Assembly: GCA_903824595.1 (NCBI GenBank)
Contig: CAIJXH010000014.1
Coordinates: 12,005 to 76,004 of the forward strand
Source of the DNA: an uncultured bacterium
Lineage (GTDB): Bacteria > Patescibacteriota > Minisyncoccia > Phycocordibacterales > UBA2100
Length of the DNA: 64,000 nucleotides
Reading direction: 5' to 3'
In this document: positions 19,531 to 31,056 of the stretch, one piece after another
How the letters are laid out: every line of letters begins with the position of its first letter
Numbering within the stretch: position 1 is the stretch's first letter
The notes under the pieces: model-generated
Databases searched by the model: none
What the model was told of the DNA's origin: nothing
What the model saw: the letters and a program-made list of their open reading frames with translations, nothing else
Program-made: the position numbers and the translations under genes

Positions 19531-19770
19531 CTACGCCGCAAGCATGTCTGCGATGCGTTCCTGATCAAATCCCACAACAAGCTGATTGTCGATGACAATC
19601 ACCGGCACTCCCATTTGTCCGCTTTTTTCAAGCATCTCTTTGCGCTTTTCGAGGTCTGCCGCGACATTGTAATCAGTGAATGCAATGCCCTGTTCAGTGA
19701 AATAGTCCTTCGCCAAATGGCAGAAATGGCACGTTGGTGTCGAATATATGGTTACGTGTTTTGTGGTCAT
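19531..19770 (-). CDS. Glutaredoxin / NrdH-like redoxin
   Basis: 79 aa with the CHFC active site in IYSTPTCHFCHLAKDYF and GVPVIVID (thioredoxin fold). Confidence 0.75.
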   Translation of the reverse strand: MTTKHVTIYSTPTCHFCHLAKDYFTEQGIAFTDYNVAADLEKRKEMLEKSGQMGVPVIVIDNQLVVGFDQERIADMLAA

Positions 19771-19816
19771 AGATGTATAGTATTAAAAGATATTCAATGA
19801 GTATATCGTATCGATG

Positions 19817-20854
19817 TCACACTTCAAGGGTAGGGCGGATGAACACAATAGCTCCCCATGGAATTCTTGAATATTCTGCACCACGCGTATCGCCGGGCAT
19901 ATCACGCACACGATCGGAAAGTCTTGTTGATTGAGCGGATGGGGTGTTTGTAATGTTGACAGGCGCGGATTGGGCAACAATAGGGATCGCTTCGCGCTGT
20001 ATTACCTGTTCTGCGACGAGACGTATCGGACCGACTGTGTTTGAGTTTTCAATATTTTTAGTGTTTTTTGCTGACACGAGCGATGCAAGTGTACCAAGTG
20101 TAGAAACAGGACGTTCCGTGTGTACGACATTCATCGACAATTGAGACGCATAGGGATCGAGGCGAATGGTTGATCCAAAATCTTTTTGCCTTTCTCCTCC
20201 GCCGTTCTGATCAGCGGACACCCCAGAATCAACAGCCGCAACCGCACTCGACGACGTATCAGAAAGAAACGCCGATCGCGTACTCACGAGCATATCTTTT
20301 GGTTTTTTGCCAGTCGCGATAGTTCCCGCTTGTTTGTCGGTGCAGGTGGGACACACCGTCGTGGGCACGTCGAATTTGTCAGGTCGTCCTTTGAAATCTC
20401 CGCCTGTATCATGAACATAGCACACAACGTTGCGTACGGTGTGCGGTTTGAAATCCAACGCACTCATGTATGTTACCGATCCTATGGTGAAAAACTTGCC
20501 ATAATTTGATGGATCGGAAGCGCATGTTGCATAGGCACACTCCCCAAATCGCACGCAATCAACCGTCATTGGCAAACAATATCCGTTGGTACTCAACGCG
20601 CTCGTTTCGATACATCCTTCAACCGATGTCTTGCAATTTTTTGCGTTGTGCGGCACATAAAACGTGACGTTGTTTTTGTTGACGGGGCACGGAGAAGACG
20701 CTGTACATGTCTTACTCGCTTTTGGTTTGATGCAATTCGTCCTCAAATGTACCGTAGGATCTTCTGGGTACGATACGTTACCAATTGAGAGTCCTCCGTA
20801 TGCACAATGCGGCACCAATACAATGAGACACAAAACACCTACAGCAGCTCGCAT
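19817..20854 (-). CDS. Secreted cysteine-rich protein of about 345 aa, unknown function
   Basis: Signal peptide MRAAVGVLCLIVLVPHCAYG. There are about 20 Cys, including CPTC and many C-x-x-x-C spacings, and a Thr/Ser-rich C-terminus. Confidence 0.5.
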   Translation of the reverse strand: MRAAVGVLCLIVLVPHCAYGGLSIGNVSYPEDPTVHLRTNCIKPKASKTCTASSPCPVNKNNVTFYVPHNAKNCKTSVEGCIETSALSTNGYCLPMTVDCVRFGECAYATCASDPSNYGKFFTIGSVTYMSALDFKPHTVRNVVCYVHDTGGDFKGRPDKFDVPTTVCPTCTDKQAGTIATGKKPKDMLVSTRSAFLSDTSSSAVAAVDSGVSADQNGGGERQKDFGSTIRLDPYASQLSMNVVHTERPVSTLGTLASLVSAKNTKNIENSNTVGPIRLVAEQVIQREAIPIVAQSAPVNITNTPSAQSTRLSDRVRDMPGDTRGAEYSRIPWGAIVFIRPTLEV

Positions 20855-20892
20855 GTGAAAAAGTATAGCACGCGCGAGCAACAGTTTTTGGA

Positions 20893-21153
20893 TCACAACA
20901 ACATAGTAACCCGATTGTCCGAACACTCGAGTATACCGCCGTCGATGGTGAACACTTCATCTTCGCCAAGAGTTTTTCGCACGGTAACGATGCCTTTTTT
21001 CAAGGTTGCGATAATTGCTTCGTGATGCGGAAGTATGGTTATCTCTTCGTCGACAGTCGGTATGCTCGCAGATACTGCCGCACCATCAAAATATTTCTCC
21101 CCCACCGATGCAATAACAAGGTGAAATGTTTCTGGATTACCTTCCATATACAT
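20893..21153 (-). CDS. atpC: F1 ATP synthase epsilon subunit, a truncated form with the beta-sandwich only
   Basis: 86 aa that match the epsilon N-terminal domain (FHLVIASVGEKYFDG...ILPHHEAIIATLKKGIV). The C-terminal two-helix inhibitory domain is absent. Confidence 0.7.
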   Translation of the reverse strand: MYMEGNPETFHLVIASVGEKYFDGAAVSASIPTVDEEITILPHHEAIIATLKKGIVTVRKTLGEDEVFTIDGGILECSDNRVTMLL

Positions 21154-22551
<1,398 letters not shown>

Positions 22552-22569
22552 CTAAATTTTGATAAAAAT

Positions 22570-23490
22570 CTACCGCATTGCCTCGATACCGCCGACGATC
22601 TCGGAAACTTCGCGCGTAATGGCTGCCTGACGGACTTTGTTGTAAATGCGCGTGGAGAGACGCACCATTTCTTTCGCCTTGTCGGTGGCGTTCTTCATGG
22701 CGACCATGCGCGCCGAATGCTCGGATGCTTTCGCTTCAAGCAGCGCATGGAAAACGGCAATGTTGAGAAGCTTTGGTAGAAGCTCGGCAAGGATTTTTTC
22801 CGGATCCGGCTCGATGGTATACGCAACAGACGCACCCTCCTTCGCTGAAGCTACGGAGGGCGAGTACCTGCCGCGCGCAGGACGGATTCCTGCAACCATC
22901 ACTCGCATCACCTCACGCGTGATCGGTACGATGTGGCGAATCGTCGGCTCTTGTTCGAACGTGGAAAGAAAATTTTGATAACCCACCAAGACGCTCCCGA
23001 TCTCTTTTGCCGTATGCCACGCGAAAATGCCGTCGACCACCTCGCGAATGTCGGATTCGCCGATACTGTCGCTCACGTTCTCGTGTCTGATGCGCACGTC
23101 GTACCCGCGCGAAGCGAAGTAGTCTGCGCCGCGTCGCCCAAATCCGATAATCACCACGTCTTTTTTGTCGAGCGCACGATCGGCGATTTCACGTTCCACG
23201 CGCCGAATGACGCCGCTGTTGAGCGATCCAGCGAGTCCTTTGTCGCTCGTAACGACGATAAAACATGACTTGCCTTTCCGATCTTGCATGAGCGGCATGT
23301 CGATCACCGTTTGCGTACCTGCAAGCTTTTCAAGAATCGTGAGCGCTGCAGCGGCATACGCACGCCCCGAAAGCGCGCGTTCCTGACTCTTGCGCATCTT
23401 CACGGCAGACACCGCTTCCATCGCACGAGTTACGGTACCCGTTTTTTTGTACGAGTGAATCTTCAGCTTGATGTTTTTCAAACTGGCCAT
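22570..23490 (-). CDS. atpG: F1 ATP synthase gamma subunit
   Basis: MASLKNIKLKIHSYKKTGTVTRAMEAVSAVKMRK is the canonical gamma N-terminus. Confidence 0.9.
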   Translation of the reverse strand: MASLKNIKLKIHSYKKTGTVTRAMEAVSAVKMRKSQERALSGRAYAAAALTILEKLAGTQTVIDMPLMQDRKGKSCFIVVTSDKGLAGSLNSGVIRRVEREIADRALDKKDVVIIGFGRRGADYFASRGYDVRIRHENVSDSIGESDIREVVDGIFAWHTAKEIGSVLVGYQNFLSTFEQEPTIRHIVPITREVMRVMVAGIRPARGRYSPSVASAKEGASVAYTIEPDPEKILAELLPKLLNIAVFHALLEAKASEHSARMVAMKNATDKAKEMVRLSTRIYNKVRQAAITREVSEIVGGIEAMR

Positions 23491-23492
23491 AT

Positions 23493-25061
23493 TTATGTAG
23501 AGGCGAACAATTCCCCATGCCCTGCGCGGAATTCTTCCATCGCTTTATGTAGTGCTTTCTTGGAATCATCGGACAAAACGCCGGTCTTTTTGATTTCAAG
23601 AAGTGTCGCTTCGTAGCCGTCGTCGAGGAATTCGGCGAAACGCGCCTCGACACTCGTCACCTGCGACACCGATACATCAGCGAAGAATTTCTGTCCTGCC
23701 GCAAAGAGTACCGCCACCTGCTTCTCCATCGGGATCGGCGCGCCATTTTTCTGCTTCAGCACTTCCACCATGCGCTGCCCGGAGGCAATACGATCGGCGG
23801 TCGCTTTGTCGAGATCCTGCGCGAATTGCATGAATGCTTCGAGCTCGCGGAACTGCGCCAGCTCTAGTTTCAAGCTGCCCGCCACCGCTTTCATCGCTTT
23901 AGTTTGCGCACTGGAACCGACGCGCGACACCGAGATACCCACGTCGATCGCGGGGCGCACGCCTTTGTTGAAGAGTGACGCATCGAGGAAAATCTGTCCG
24001 TCGGTGATGGAGATAACGTTGGTCGGGATGTACGCCGACACGTCGCCATCTTGTGTCTCGATGATCGGCAGCGCAGTGATCGAGCCGCCGCCTTTCGCGT
24101 CGGAGAGGCGCGCTGCACGTTCGAGCAAACGAGAGTGCAAGTAGAAAATGTCGCCCGGATACGCCTCGCGACCCGGCGGACGACGCAAGAGGAGCGAGAG
24201 CTCTCGATATGCGACAGCTTGTTTGGACAGGTCGTCGTACACGATCAACACATCGCGCCCGCGATCCATAAAATATTCGCCGATCGCCACACCCGCAAAC
24301 GGCGCAAGGAATTGCAATGCCGCCGGCGCGCTCGCGGGAGCATCGACGATGATGGTGTAGTCGAGAGCATTTTCGGCTTTGAGCTGCGCCACGATGCGAG
24401 CGGTTTTCGATTCCTTCTGACCGATCGCCACATAAATACAAATCGGGCGCTTCTCCGCTGGTTCATGCTTCTGGTTGATGATGGTGTCGATCGCAATGGT
24501 CGTCTTGCCTGTGGAACGGTCGCCGATAATGAGCTCGCGCTGACCACGACCCACCGGAATCATCGCGTCGATCGCCTTGATACCTGTGGCAAGTGGTGTT
24601 GTGACCGATTTGCGATGCATGACGCCGTACGCCTCACGCTCCACCGGCATCATCGTCGTTTTTACAAATGCACCCCTGCCGTCGATCGGCTCGCCGAGCG
24701 CATTGACCACGCGTCCGAGCAGCTCGTCACCGGAGGGCACCGAGAGAATTTTTCCGGTCGAGCGCACCGTCATACCTTCGCAGACGCGAGAACTGTCGCC
24801 AAGAATAGTCGCACGCGCGCCGTCTTCTTCGAGGTTCAAAATGAGACCGTAGAGACGCGAGTGATCCTTCATAGAATCGGCAAGCGAATCCCCCGCACCT
24901 TCCTCAAACAAAATCACCTCGCTCATGACCGCTTTCGAAAGCCCGTCGATCGCGACGACGCCGTCGCCCACCGCCGTAACGCGACCAATCTCATGACTGT
25001 TGGTTTTGATCGTGTAGTTCTCGATCTCTCGAATCACTTTTTCTACAATCGCCGATTCCAT
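23493..25061 (-). CDS. atpA: F1 ATP synthase alpha subunit
   Basis: Walker [19 protein letters not shown]. 522 aa. Confidence 0.95.
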   Translation of the reverse strand: MESAIVEKVIREIENYTIKTNSHEIGRVTAVGDGVVAIDGLSKAVMSEVILFEEGAGDSLADSMKDHSRLYGLILNLEEDGARATILGDSSRVCEGMTVRSTGKILSVPSGDELLGRVVNALGEPIDGRGAFVKTTMMPVEREAYGVMHRKSVTTPLATGIKAIDAMIPVGRGQRELIIGDRSTGKTTIAIDTIINQKHEPAEKRPICIYVAIGQKESKTARIVAQLKAENALDYTIIVDAPASAPAALQFLAPFAGVAIGEYFMDRGRDVLIVYDDLSKQAVAYRELSLLLRRPPGREAYPGDIFYLHSRLLERAARLSDAKGGGSITALPIIETQDGDVSAYIPTNVISITDGQIFLDASLFNKGVRPAIDVGISVSRVGSSAQTKAMKAVAGSLKLELAQFRELEAFMQFAQDLDKATADRIASGQRMVEVLKQKNGAPIPMEKQVAVLFAAGQKFFADVSVSQVTSVEARFAEFLDDGYEATLLEIKKTGVLSDDSKKALHKAMEEFRAGHGELFAST

Positions 25062-25073
25062 ACGTGTAATAAT

Positions 25074-25463
25074 TTATGTCCTTATAATGCGCTCGTACAG
25101 CGCCATCAATCCGTTTTTATAACTCGCGTCGATGAGGCGCCCCCGACCTTCCAATCGCCAGCCGCCGATCAACGTCTCATCAACGCGCGTTACTACATCT
25201 TTTTTTGTTGCACCCATCTCCTCAATCTTCTTGCCCGCTTCATCAAGCATGCGTTGCGCATCACTCTCTCGCGCGACCACGAGCTCCACCTTTGTGTGCC
25301 TTGCCGACTGACGCGCCAACGCCTCAAACGCACGACCGATCTTTGCGAGCAGTGCCTGATGTCCGCGGCGCTCCAGCATAGTGCAGAGACGTTCCACCGC
25401 TTCCTTCGGATCAGTTCCCTTTTCTACCGTATGCCACAGAGCCGCCGCGTATGCTTTTTCCAT
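25074..25463 (-). CDS. atpH: ATP synthase delta (OSCP) subunit, short form of 129 aa
   Basis: Its position lies between atpF and atpA. The C-terminal delta-like region is DETLIGGWRLEGRGRLIDASYKNGL. Confidence 0.65.
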   Translation of the reverse strand: MEKAYAAALWHTVEKGTDPKEAVERLCTMLERRGHQALLAKIGRAFEALARQSARHTKVELVVARESDAQRMLDEAGKKIEEMGATKKDVVTRVDETLIGGWRLEGRGRLIDASYKNGLMALYERIIRT

Positions 25464-25469
25464 ACGGGA

Positions 25470-25919
25470 TTATGCGTGCTTCTCGCGCAAGATTTTCTCG
25501 GCAGCAAGAAGTGCCGCTCGGGTAATTTCGCGCTCACTTTCCTTGATGGCGCGACGCTTCGCCTCCTCGGCGCGATCGCTCGCTTCCTTGAGAAGCGTAT
25601 CGGCGCGAAGATTGGCATTTTCCACAATCTCCCCCGCACGCTCCTCGGCGCGATTGCGCGCCGCCGCCACAATACCTTCCGCCTCGCGTACCGCCATGCC
25701 CACAATCTCGCCCTTCTTGGCATCCGCTTCGGCGAGCCGCGCATCAGCCTCCTCCGCGGCGCGGACTCCTGCGGCGATCTTTTCACGTCGCGCGTCGATG
25801 ACACGCAGTGCCGGACGATAGAGGAAATACGAAAGCACACCAAGCACGATCGCAAAGTTGATCCCTTGCGCAAGCAAGAGTTTCCAATCTATCCCAAACG
25901 CCGCCAGGAGTTGATCCAT
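25470..25919 (-). CDS. atpF: Fo ATP synthase subunit b
   Basis: A single N-terminal TM helix, then a long charged Ala/Glu/Arg-rich helix. Confidence 0.8.
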   Translation of the reverse strand: MDQLLAAFGIDWKLLLAQGINFAIVLGVLSYFLYRPALRVIDARREKIAAGVRAAEEADARLAEADAKKGEIVGMAVREAEGIVAAARNRAEERAGEIVENANLRADTLLKEASDRAEEAKRRAIKESEREITRAALLAAEKILREKHA

Positions 25920-25925
25920 ACGATA

Positions 25926-26201
25926 TTATGTGAATTTCTCAAGCAAGGCGATAACGATCGTGAAAATCGCGAGAGCTTCCGCAAACGCAACACCCACGAA
26001 CATAAGCGGCTGAATCTTGCCGGATGCTTCAGGGTTGCGCCCAATCGCCTCCACCGCCTTACCGACGATAGTACCGATAGCGAGTGCAGGACCAAACACA
26101 CCAATACCCACAACAAAACCCATCGACAGCAAACGTGCTACTTCTACGTCCATAGTCATGTTAATAAAAAGTAAATAAAAAGGCTTTCGACGAAGCCGCA
26201 T
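25926..26201 (-). CDS. atpE: Fo ATP synthase subunit c
   Basis: Two-TM proteolipid: GIGVFGPALAIGTIVGKAVEAIGRNPEA...VGVAFAEALAIFTIVIALL, with the conserved carboxylate Glu. The true start is probably the internal ATG near 26159. Confidence 0.85.
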   Translation of the reverse strand: MRLRRKPFYLLFINMTMDVEVARLLSMGFVVGIGVFGPALAIGTIVGKAVEAIGRNPEASGKIQPLMFVGVAFAEALAIFTIVIALLEKFT

Positions 26202-26219
26202 CAGCGTCCCAAGGAGGCG

Positions 26220-26993
26220 CTAGTGCGGTTTCATGATTGCGATTTTGATAAAAAAGAGCGTCAGAATCGAGAAAATGCCGGCTTGTACAAACGCCACAAA
26301 CACTTCAAAAAGCACAAGAGGCACCGGCAGAAGATACGGGAGGAAATACGCCGCGATCGCGATCATGATTTCTCCCGCAAGAATATTGCCGAAAAGACGG
26401 AACGAGAACGATACGAGACGCGAAACCTCACTTACCAAATCGATCACGCCGATCGCAAACGCCATCGGCGACTTGAGTGTAATAAACTTCGACCCGTACT
26501 TCAAGGCACCGAGCACCGCGACACCGGCGGTTTGCACAAAGATCACCGCAATCACCGCAAGCGCGATTGTCATATTGAGGTCGGTATTGAGACTGCGAAA
26601 AAGAGGCACGAGCTCACCGTGTTCATAGAATCCAATCGAGCCGACACCGGGCAAAAACTGTACGAGATTTGCCGTGAGTATAAAGAGAAAGATCGACATA
26701 ATGAGTGGAAAATACCGCCGCGCCAGATCTTTTCCACCAAGCGTCTGATCAATGTAGTCAAAGACAAACTCCACCGCCGATTCAAAAACCACCTGCAGCC
26801 GCCCGGGAATGAGCGCTACGCCTCTGCGATACAAAAAAGCAAGCAGTACCAAACACAACACGACAAACCACCCCATCACGAGCGTGTTGGTAATCGGCAT
26901 ACCGAAGAAATCACCAAGCTTTTCAGCCGCGAGCGATACGTGAAGACCGCCCTTCTCGGCGGCTTCTGCTGTCTGACCTGCCACTGATTCCAT
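26220..26993 (-). CDS. atpB: Fo ATP synthase subunit a
   Basis: Five or six TM helices and the conserved Arg in the LRLFGNILAGE motif. Confidence 0.9.
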   Translation of the reverse strand: MESVAGQTAEAAEKGGLHVSLAAEKLGDFFGMPITNTLVMGWFVVLCLVLLAFLYRRGVALIPGRLQVVFESAVEFVFDYIDQTLGGKDLARRYFPLIMSIFLFILTANLVQFLPGVGSIGFYEHGELVPLFRSLNTDLNMTIALAVIAVIFVQTAGVAVLGALKYGSKFITLKSPMAFAIGVIDLVSEVSRLVSFSFRLFGNILAGEIMIAIAAYFLPYLLPVPLVLFEVFVAFVQAGIFSILTLFFIKIAIMKPH

Positions 26994-27044
26994 GGTCAGT
27001 ATTCTACCTCATCATCGAGAGGTTATCCACTGTTGTGTGACACT

Positions 27045-27593
27045 CTAGTTATTTCTTGCGATCGACGCATGACCAATCTTTTGTACAAGCTCTGCTTGAT
27101 TGCGCGGCATATCATTCACGCCCACATGTCCCACGATACGCACTTCCACATCTTTACACACACCGAGCGCAATAGCAGGATTTACCATTTTTCCATTGAC
27201 CTTTACGTAATCATCAGAATGGAAGAGAATGTCGATTTGATTGTGTTTACGCGGATGCATCGAGTCGGCGACGACGCGCAAACCCATAAAATCACTGACG
27301 AGTCCGATTCCGCACTGCGGTGACGAGGTCGCGTCTGTGGGAACTATCTGAATCACTGTCCCAAAAGGCAGCGCATCGGCAAGATCAGCAGATCGCGCGA
27401 CAATCATGTCTGGATCGGCGTACGCTCCACTTGCGGTGATAAAAGGCTCATTGTCGGTTTGTTCTGGCACAGCATTATATCCAGTTGCCGCAACATGAAG
27501 TGCCGCAGGGTGCGCAGGAGCATTCGCCGCAACACCGCTTTGGTTGGAAAAAAACAAAAGCCCCAATAAGGCCGTCGTGAAAATTGTTTGCAT
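27045..27593 (-). CDS. Secreted 3D-domain protein (MltA/YocH-like cell-wall-associated)
   Basis: A signal peptide, then ATGYNAVPEQTDNEPFITASG...GLRVVADSMHPRKHNQIDILF, the 3D domain with its conserved Asp residues. It lies directly upstream of the atp operon on the same strand. Confidence 0.6.
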   Translation of the reverse strand: MQTIFTTALLGLLFFSNQSGVAANAPAHPAALHVAATGYNAVPEQTDNEPFITASGAYADPDMIVARSADLADALPFGTVIQIVPTDATSSPQCGIGLVSDFMGLRVVADSMHPRKHNQIDILFHSDDYVKVNGKMVNPAIALGVCKDVEVRIVGHVGVNDMPRNQAELVQKIGHASIARNN

Positions 27594-27915
27594 AGGTGCT
27601 CAAGAGTGTATCTCTCGCGCTTCCAGACTGTAGCATATATCACATTGCTCGTCAAGCGCGACTCTCGCGTATGCAACGCGGTCGCCTATTTTGAGAGGCG
27701 ACCGCTGCTTCTGTCAAAATCTGGGCACGATCACTTTTTACCCAAAATCTTGTACATACCCGTTCCACACACCCCACACACGCCTTTCATCGCCCTTCGT
27801 TCGCCTCCTTTACCTGGCATCGACACCTCATTGGCGTCTTTCATCTCTCGTTTATCTTTACATTTGACACAATATCCAATAACGGGATCCATAGAGTTTG
27901 TTTTAGTCAATAAGA

Positions 27916-29166
27916 TTACTGCACCGCCGACGTTGTGGTGCCGTTCAATACATTACCCGCGACTTCAGACAAGGTTTTTCTGATTTTCGATATGTCTACT
28001 CTCACGTCTTTTACATCCTGATTTGACGCTTGTATGTTCTTTTGTGCTGCCTGTATCGCGTGCACATTATTTTGATACACCGTGTTGTCTCCGTTGTCTG
28101 GCTTTAGATCGGCAACCAATGCACGCGCCGCGCCTGCTTGCGATTGCGCATCTGCCAATTTTGATACGAGATCAGAATATGCAGACTGCGCCACCGATAC
28201 GTCAGCTCCCGACGAAACGGCAGCGTCGATAAGCGTCTTCAGCTTGGTCCCCACGGTTTGCATATCAGTTACCACTGATTCGATGCGTCCAGCCGCTGCC
28301 GTCACCGCCCCCTTTGGAATGACAAGTGCAAACGTGCGGAATGATTTTGTAATTAATTGCACGTCAGCCTTGAGTGTTGTGGTCGATGCATCTGCGAGGA
28401 TTGAATCTTTGAGCGTTGATAGCGAAGCTATTTGCGTCGACAAATCTTGCGTGAGCGATGCTTTGTCGTCTGCCGAGAGCTGCGTCATGTTGGCAATTCG
28501 ACTTTGAAGCGCCGTCAGCGCATCAATGCGTTTCGCTATTTCAGTATCTGCGCGCTGCTTCATTGAATCAATACGATTTTGCACTCCTTTCTTCATTCCA
28601 TCAACAAACCCAGCAGTCAAATCAGACGCCTTCCCGAAAGACGGAAAAGGTACACCATCAGTCGTACTCGCGGAAAGGAAAGAATCGCTCATCTTTTTTT
28701 TGAAATCACGCATCTCCTGGCGCAACGGACGCTCTCCCGTATCGGATGTAGACGCCACTCGCATATCGCGTACGCGTACCCCGTTTGGCCCAACCTGCAT
28801 GCCCCCGACGCGTACTTCTCCATTTGGACGCACCTGCACATCAAGAGACGACACTTCATCGGTAGATGATCCAACATCTCCTTCGACACGAGCGCGCCCA
28901 CTATGCGGCCATGCGCCTTCATTGACACTTCCGCCACCCTGCGCCCCCTGCTGGACATGCTGCCCAAACCCACCAGGTATAAACTTCCCACCCATAGATC
29001 CCATAAATCCTCGAAGAGATGGGGCGGTTGCGGGCGGCACCGTCGGAATCGTGGGAACTGATACTTGCGTATTTGGTACATCTTGGGCAAAGACTGGCAA
29101 AACCACCGTTCCAGACGCAACAATACCCATCGCAATCAATGCTCCTGTCTGTATTCGTTTGTTCAT
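27916..29166 (-). CDS. Secreted protein of 416 aa with a Gly/Met-rich region and long Ala/Ser/Thr/Gln-rich helical repeats. Function unknown.
   Basis: Signal peptide MNKRIQTGALIAMGIVASGTVVLPVFA. The sequence is low-complexity and helical. Confidence 0.5.
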   Translation of the reverse strand: MNKRIQTGALIAMGIVASGTVVLPVFAQDVPNTQVSVPTIPTVPPATAPSLRGFMGSMGGKFIPGGFGQHVQQGAQGGGSVNEGAWPHSGRARVEGDVGSSTDEVSSLDVQVRPNGEVRVGGMQVGPNGVRVRDMRVASTSDTGERPLRQEMRDFKKKMSDSFLSASTTDGVPFPSFGKASDLTAGFVDGMKKGVQNRIDSMKQRADTEIAKRIDALTALQSRIANMTQLSADDKASLTQDLSTQIASLSTLKDSILADASTTTLKADVQLITKSFRTFALVIPKGAVTAAAGRIESVVTDMQTVGTKLKTLIDAAVSSGADVSVAQSAYSDLVSKLADAQSQAGAARALVADLKPDNGDNTVYQNNVHAIQAAQKNIQASNQDVKDVRVDISKIRKTLSEVAGNVLNGTTTSAVQ

Positions 29167-29190
29167 ACGTTGAAAATAATGAGAAATAAA

Positions 29191-29514
29191 TTATTGCTGG
29201 GACTTTGCTCCCGCCACTCCAAATTGAATCCCTGCCGCATCAGCATCGAGCGCTTGCAGCTGCGCGTCGAGTGCACGAAGATCCTCATCAATGGCTTTCG
29301 TCGACGTGTCGGAAGACGAGGTTTTCAGACTCGATGGCACACGCACCTCCTTCGCGACGACTTGCGATGCTGCAGACACGCCATTGCGCTGATCATTGGA
29401 GCTGAACCAATACCCACCGCCAACCACACCCGCTAATGCAACCAAACCAATCACCCACTGTCCGATTGAAATCATACGTAACTTATGGTTATTACTAAAT
29501 AAACACACCATCAT
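29191..29514 (-). CDS. Small membrane-anchored protein of 107 aa
   Basis: An N-terminal TM helix (WVIGLVALAGVVGGGYWF) followed by a Ser/Ala/Asp-rich, probably helical, tail. Its stop overlaps the start of the upstream gene. Confidence 0.45.
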   Translation of the reverse strand: MMVCLFSNNHKLRMISIGQWVIGLVALAGVVGGGYWFSSNDQRNGVSAASQVVAKEVRVPSSLKTSSSDTSTKAIDEDLRALDAQLQALDADAAGIQFGVAGAKSQQ

Positions 29515-29894
29515 TCAACGACAATTTGCGTCCCGCATTCCGCCGTCGCTCCTGATGTATTCCTCACTACCAGATCATAGAATGTCGTACTCGTAGGCGC
29601 AACAACACGTTGTCCGTCAGACGACACATGATCCCCGTTGATAAAAGCAGTTTCGGCGCCCGTCGATGTCCACATGATGGTTGTGGACGCGCCCGCAGTC
29701 AGATCTGATGATTCAGAAGTAAGCACGCACGAAGGTACCGCAGCATCATGCGACAACGGCTCCGCAACAGACGCGACATGCAAGCGAGTAGGAAATGTCG
29801 GCATCGTGTATCCAATTGCCGATGCCCATCCTATCGCAAGCACCACAATCACCGCCATGGTAAGTTCTGGATATTTCAAATCCTTGAAGTCCAT
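29511..29894 (-). CDS. Membrane-anchored protein with a C-terminal Ig-like beta-sandwich-type domain
   Basis: A TM helix, then CVLTSESSDLTAGASTTIMWTSTGAETAFING...VAPTSTTFYDLVVRNTSGATAECGTQIVVE. This is the pattern typical of small bacterial Ig-like domains. Confidence 0.5.
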   Translation of the reverse strand: MDFKDLKYPELTMAVIVVLAIGWASAIGYTMPTFPTRLHVASVAEPLSHDAAVPSCVLTSESSDLTAGASTTIMWTSTGAETAFINGDHVSSDGQRVVAPTSTTFYDLVVRNTSGATAECGTQIVVE

Positions 29895-30051
29895 AGCATG
29901 GATGGTAGCATGGGTTGAATCAATACACCGATGTTATACACAGTTCTTCATCATTGAGCACCGTGATTCGCACATGTACATTGACAAAATATTCTAGTGA
30001 TGTTTTACTGTGAATAGAATATATAGAAAAATAGCCTGACGGAGATGTACA

Positions 30052-30996
30052 ATGACCGAGAAAAACGAGCTGACAATCGTGACCATGTTGGAAACAACAG
30101 TCGATAAAACAATCGACTATGAATACAATGTAACGCCATACACACTGGCGTTGCCGTTTATGTGGATGCTTACGGCATGGGTACGCATGAAAAAGAAGTG
30201 CTTCGGCGCAAAACAAGAAGTAAATACGATATTGTTTGATGCGCGTGGCACACAATGCAGCAGGATTCGTAAATATGCTGCAACATGGCAATCACTCGAC
30301 ATAATATACAACTATAAAAATGGTACGGGTACGCGTTTGGACGACTTCTGGATCAACATGCGTAACGCTCAAGCAGTACGAAATAGACTCAAAATAATCG
30401 TACGCGAAGTGTTGCGCGCAAGCTTGACGATGCACACCAATAATATGCCAGTCCGGATATTATCCCTAGCGTGTGGATCAGCGCAGGGAGTGCTTGAGGC
30501 GACTTCACAGATTCTAAACAGCGGGTTCGATATCAAGATCTTACTCACTGATCAAGACCCTGAAGCTGAAGAGATGATTGCGCATCACGCAAATCGTCTA
30601 AATCTTCCGAGAGACGTCTGGGAATTTAAAGTCGTCAGACTCCCAAACCCAATCGCTATTCAAAGAATAGCGAGAAGATTCAAACCCACAATTGTGGAGA
30701 TGGTCGGACTTCTTGATTACCTTAACAATGATCTTGCATTGACCGTCTCTGGTACGATCATCAACGATTTGCTGCCAAGAGGCGGATGGTTTCTTACTGC
30801 CCATATTCATCCAAATCCAGAAATCGTGTTTCTGAGAGAAGTAATAACATGGGGACAAAGTCCGCGCATGTTGTATCGTACGCGCACAGAATTTCTTGAA
30901 CTCCTTGTGCAGGCTGGAGGACACTTATACGTTACGGAAAGTGAGCCTCATGGGATACATACCGTTGCGGTATGTATAAAAGATGTATCTACATAG
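30052..30996 (+). CDS. Class I SAM-dependent methyltransferase
   Basis: Motif I is VRILSLACGSAQGVLEA, there is an acidic residue at the end of beta-2 (LLTDQDPE), and there is a motif IV-like region. It lies in an AT-rich segment. Confidence 0.6.
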   Translation: MTEKNELTIVTMLETTVDKTIDYEYNVTPYTLALPFMWMLTAWVRMKKKCFGAKQEVNTILFDARGTQCSRIRKYAATWQSLDIIYNYKNGTGTRLDDFWINMRNAQAVRNRLKIIVREVLRASLTMHTNNMPVRILSLACGSAQGVLEATSQILNSGFDIKILLTDQDPEAEEMIAHHANRLNLPRDVWEFKVVRLPNPIAIQRIARRFKPTIVEMVGLLDYLNNDLALTVSGTIINDLLPRGGWFLTAHIHPNPEIVFLREVITWGQSPRMLYRTRTEFLELLVQAGGHLYVTESEPHGIHTVAVCIKDVST

Positions 30997-31026
30997 GTGG
31001 CTTATATGTACTCAATCATCCAACTT

Positions 31027-31056
31027 AGTGGTACCATGAAGGTACCACTTTTTATT
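31027..31056 (+). terminator. Rho-independent terminator between the methyltransferase and the kinase
   Basis: AGTGGTACC-ATGAA-GGTACCACT followed by TTTTTATTT. Confidence 0.5.

Noticed and set aside
29920-30291. 123-aa minus-strand ORF upstream of the secreted-protein operon
   Set aside because: It overlaps the methyltransferase gene on the opposite strand, and it is Cys/His/Phe-rich with no motif. It is likely the shadow of an AT-rich intergenic region plus the MTase 5' end.
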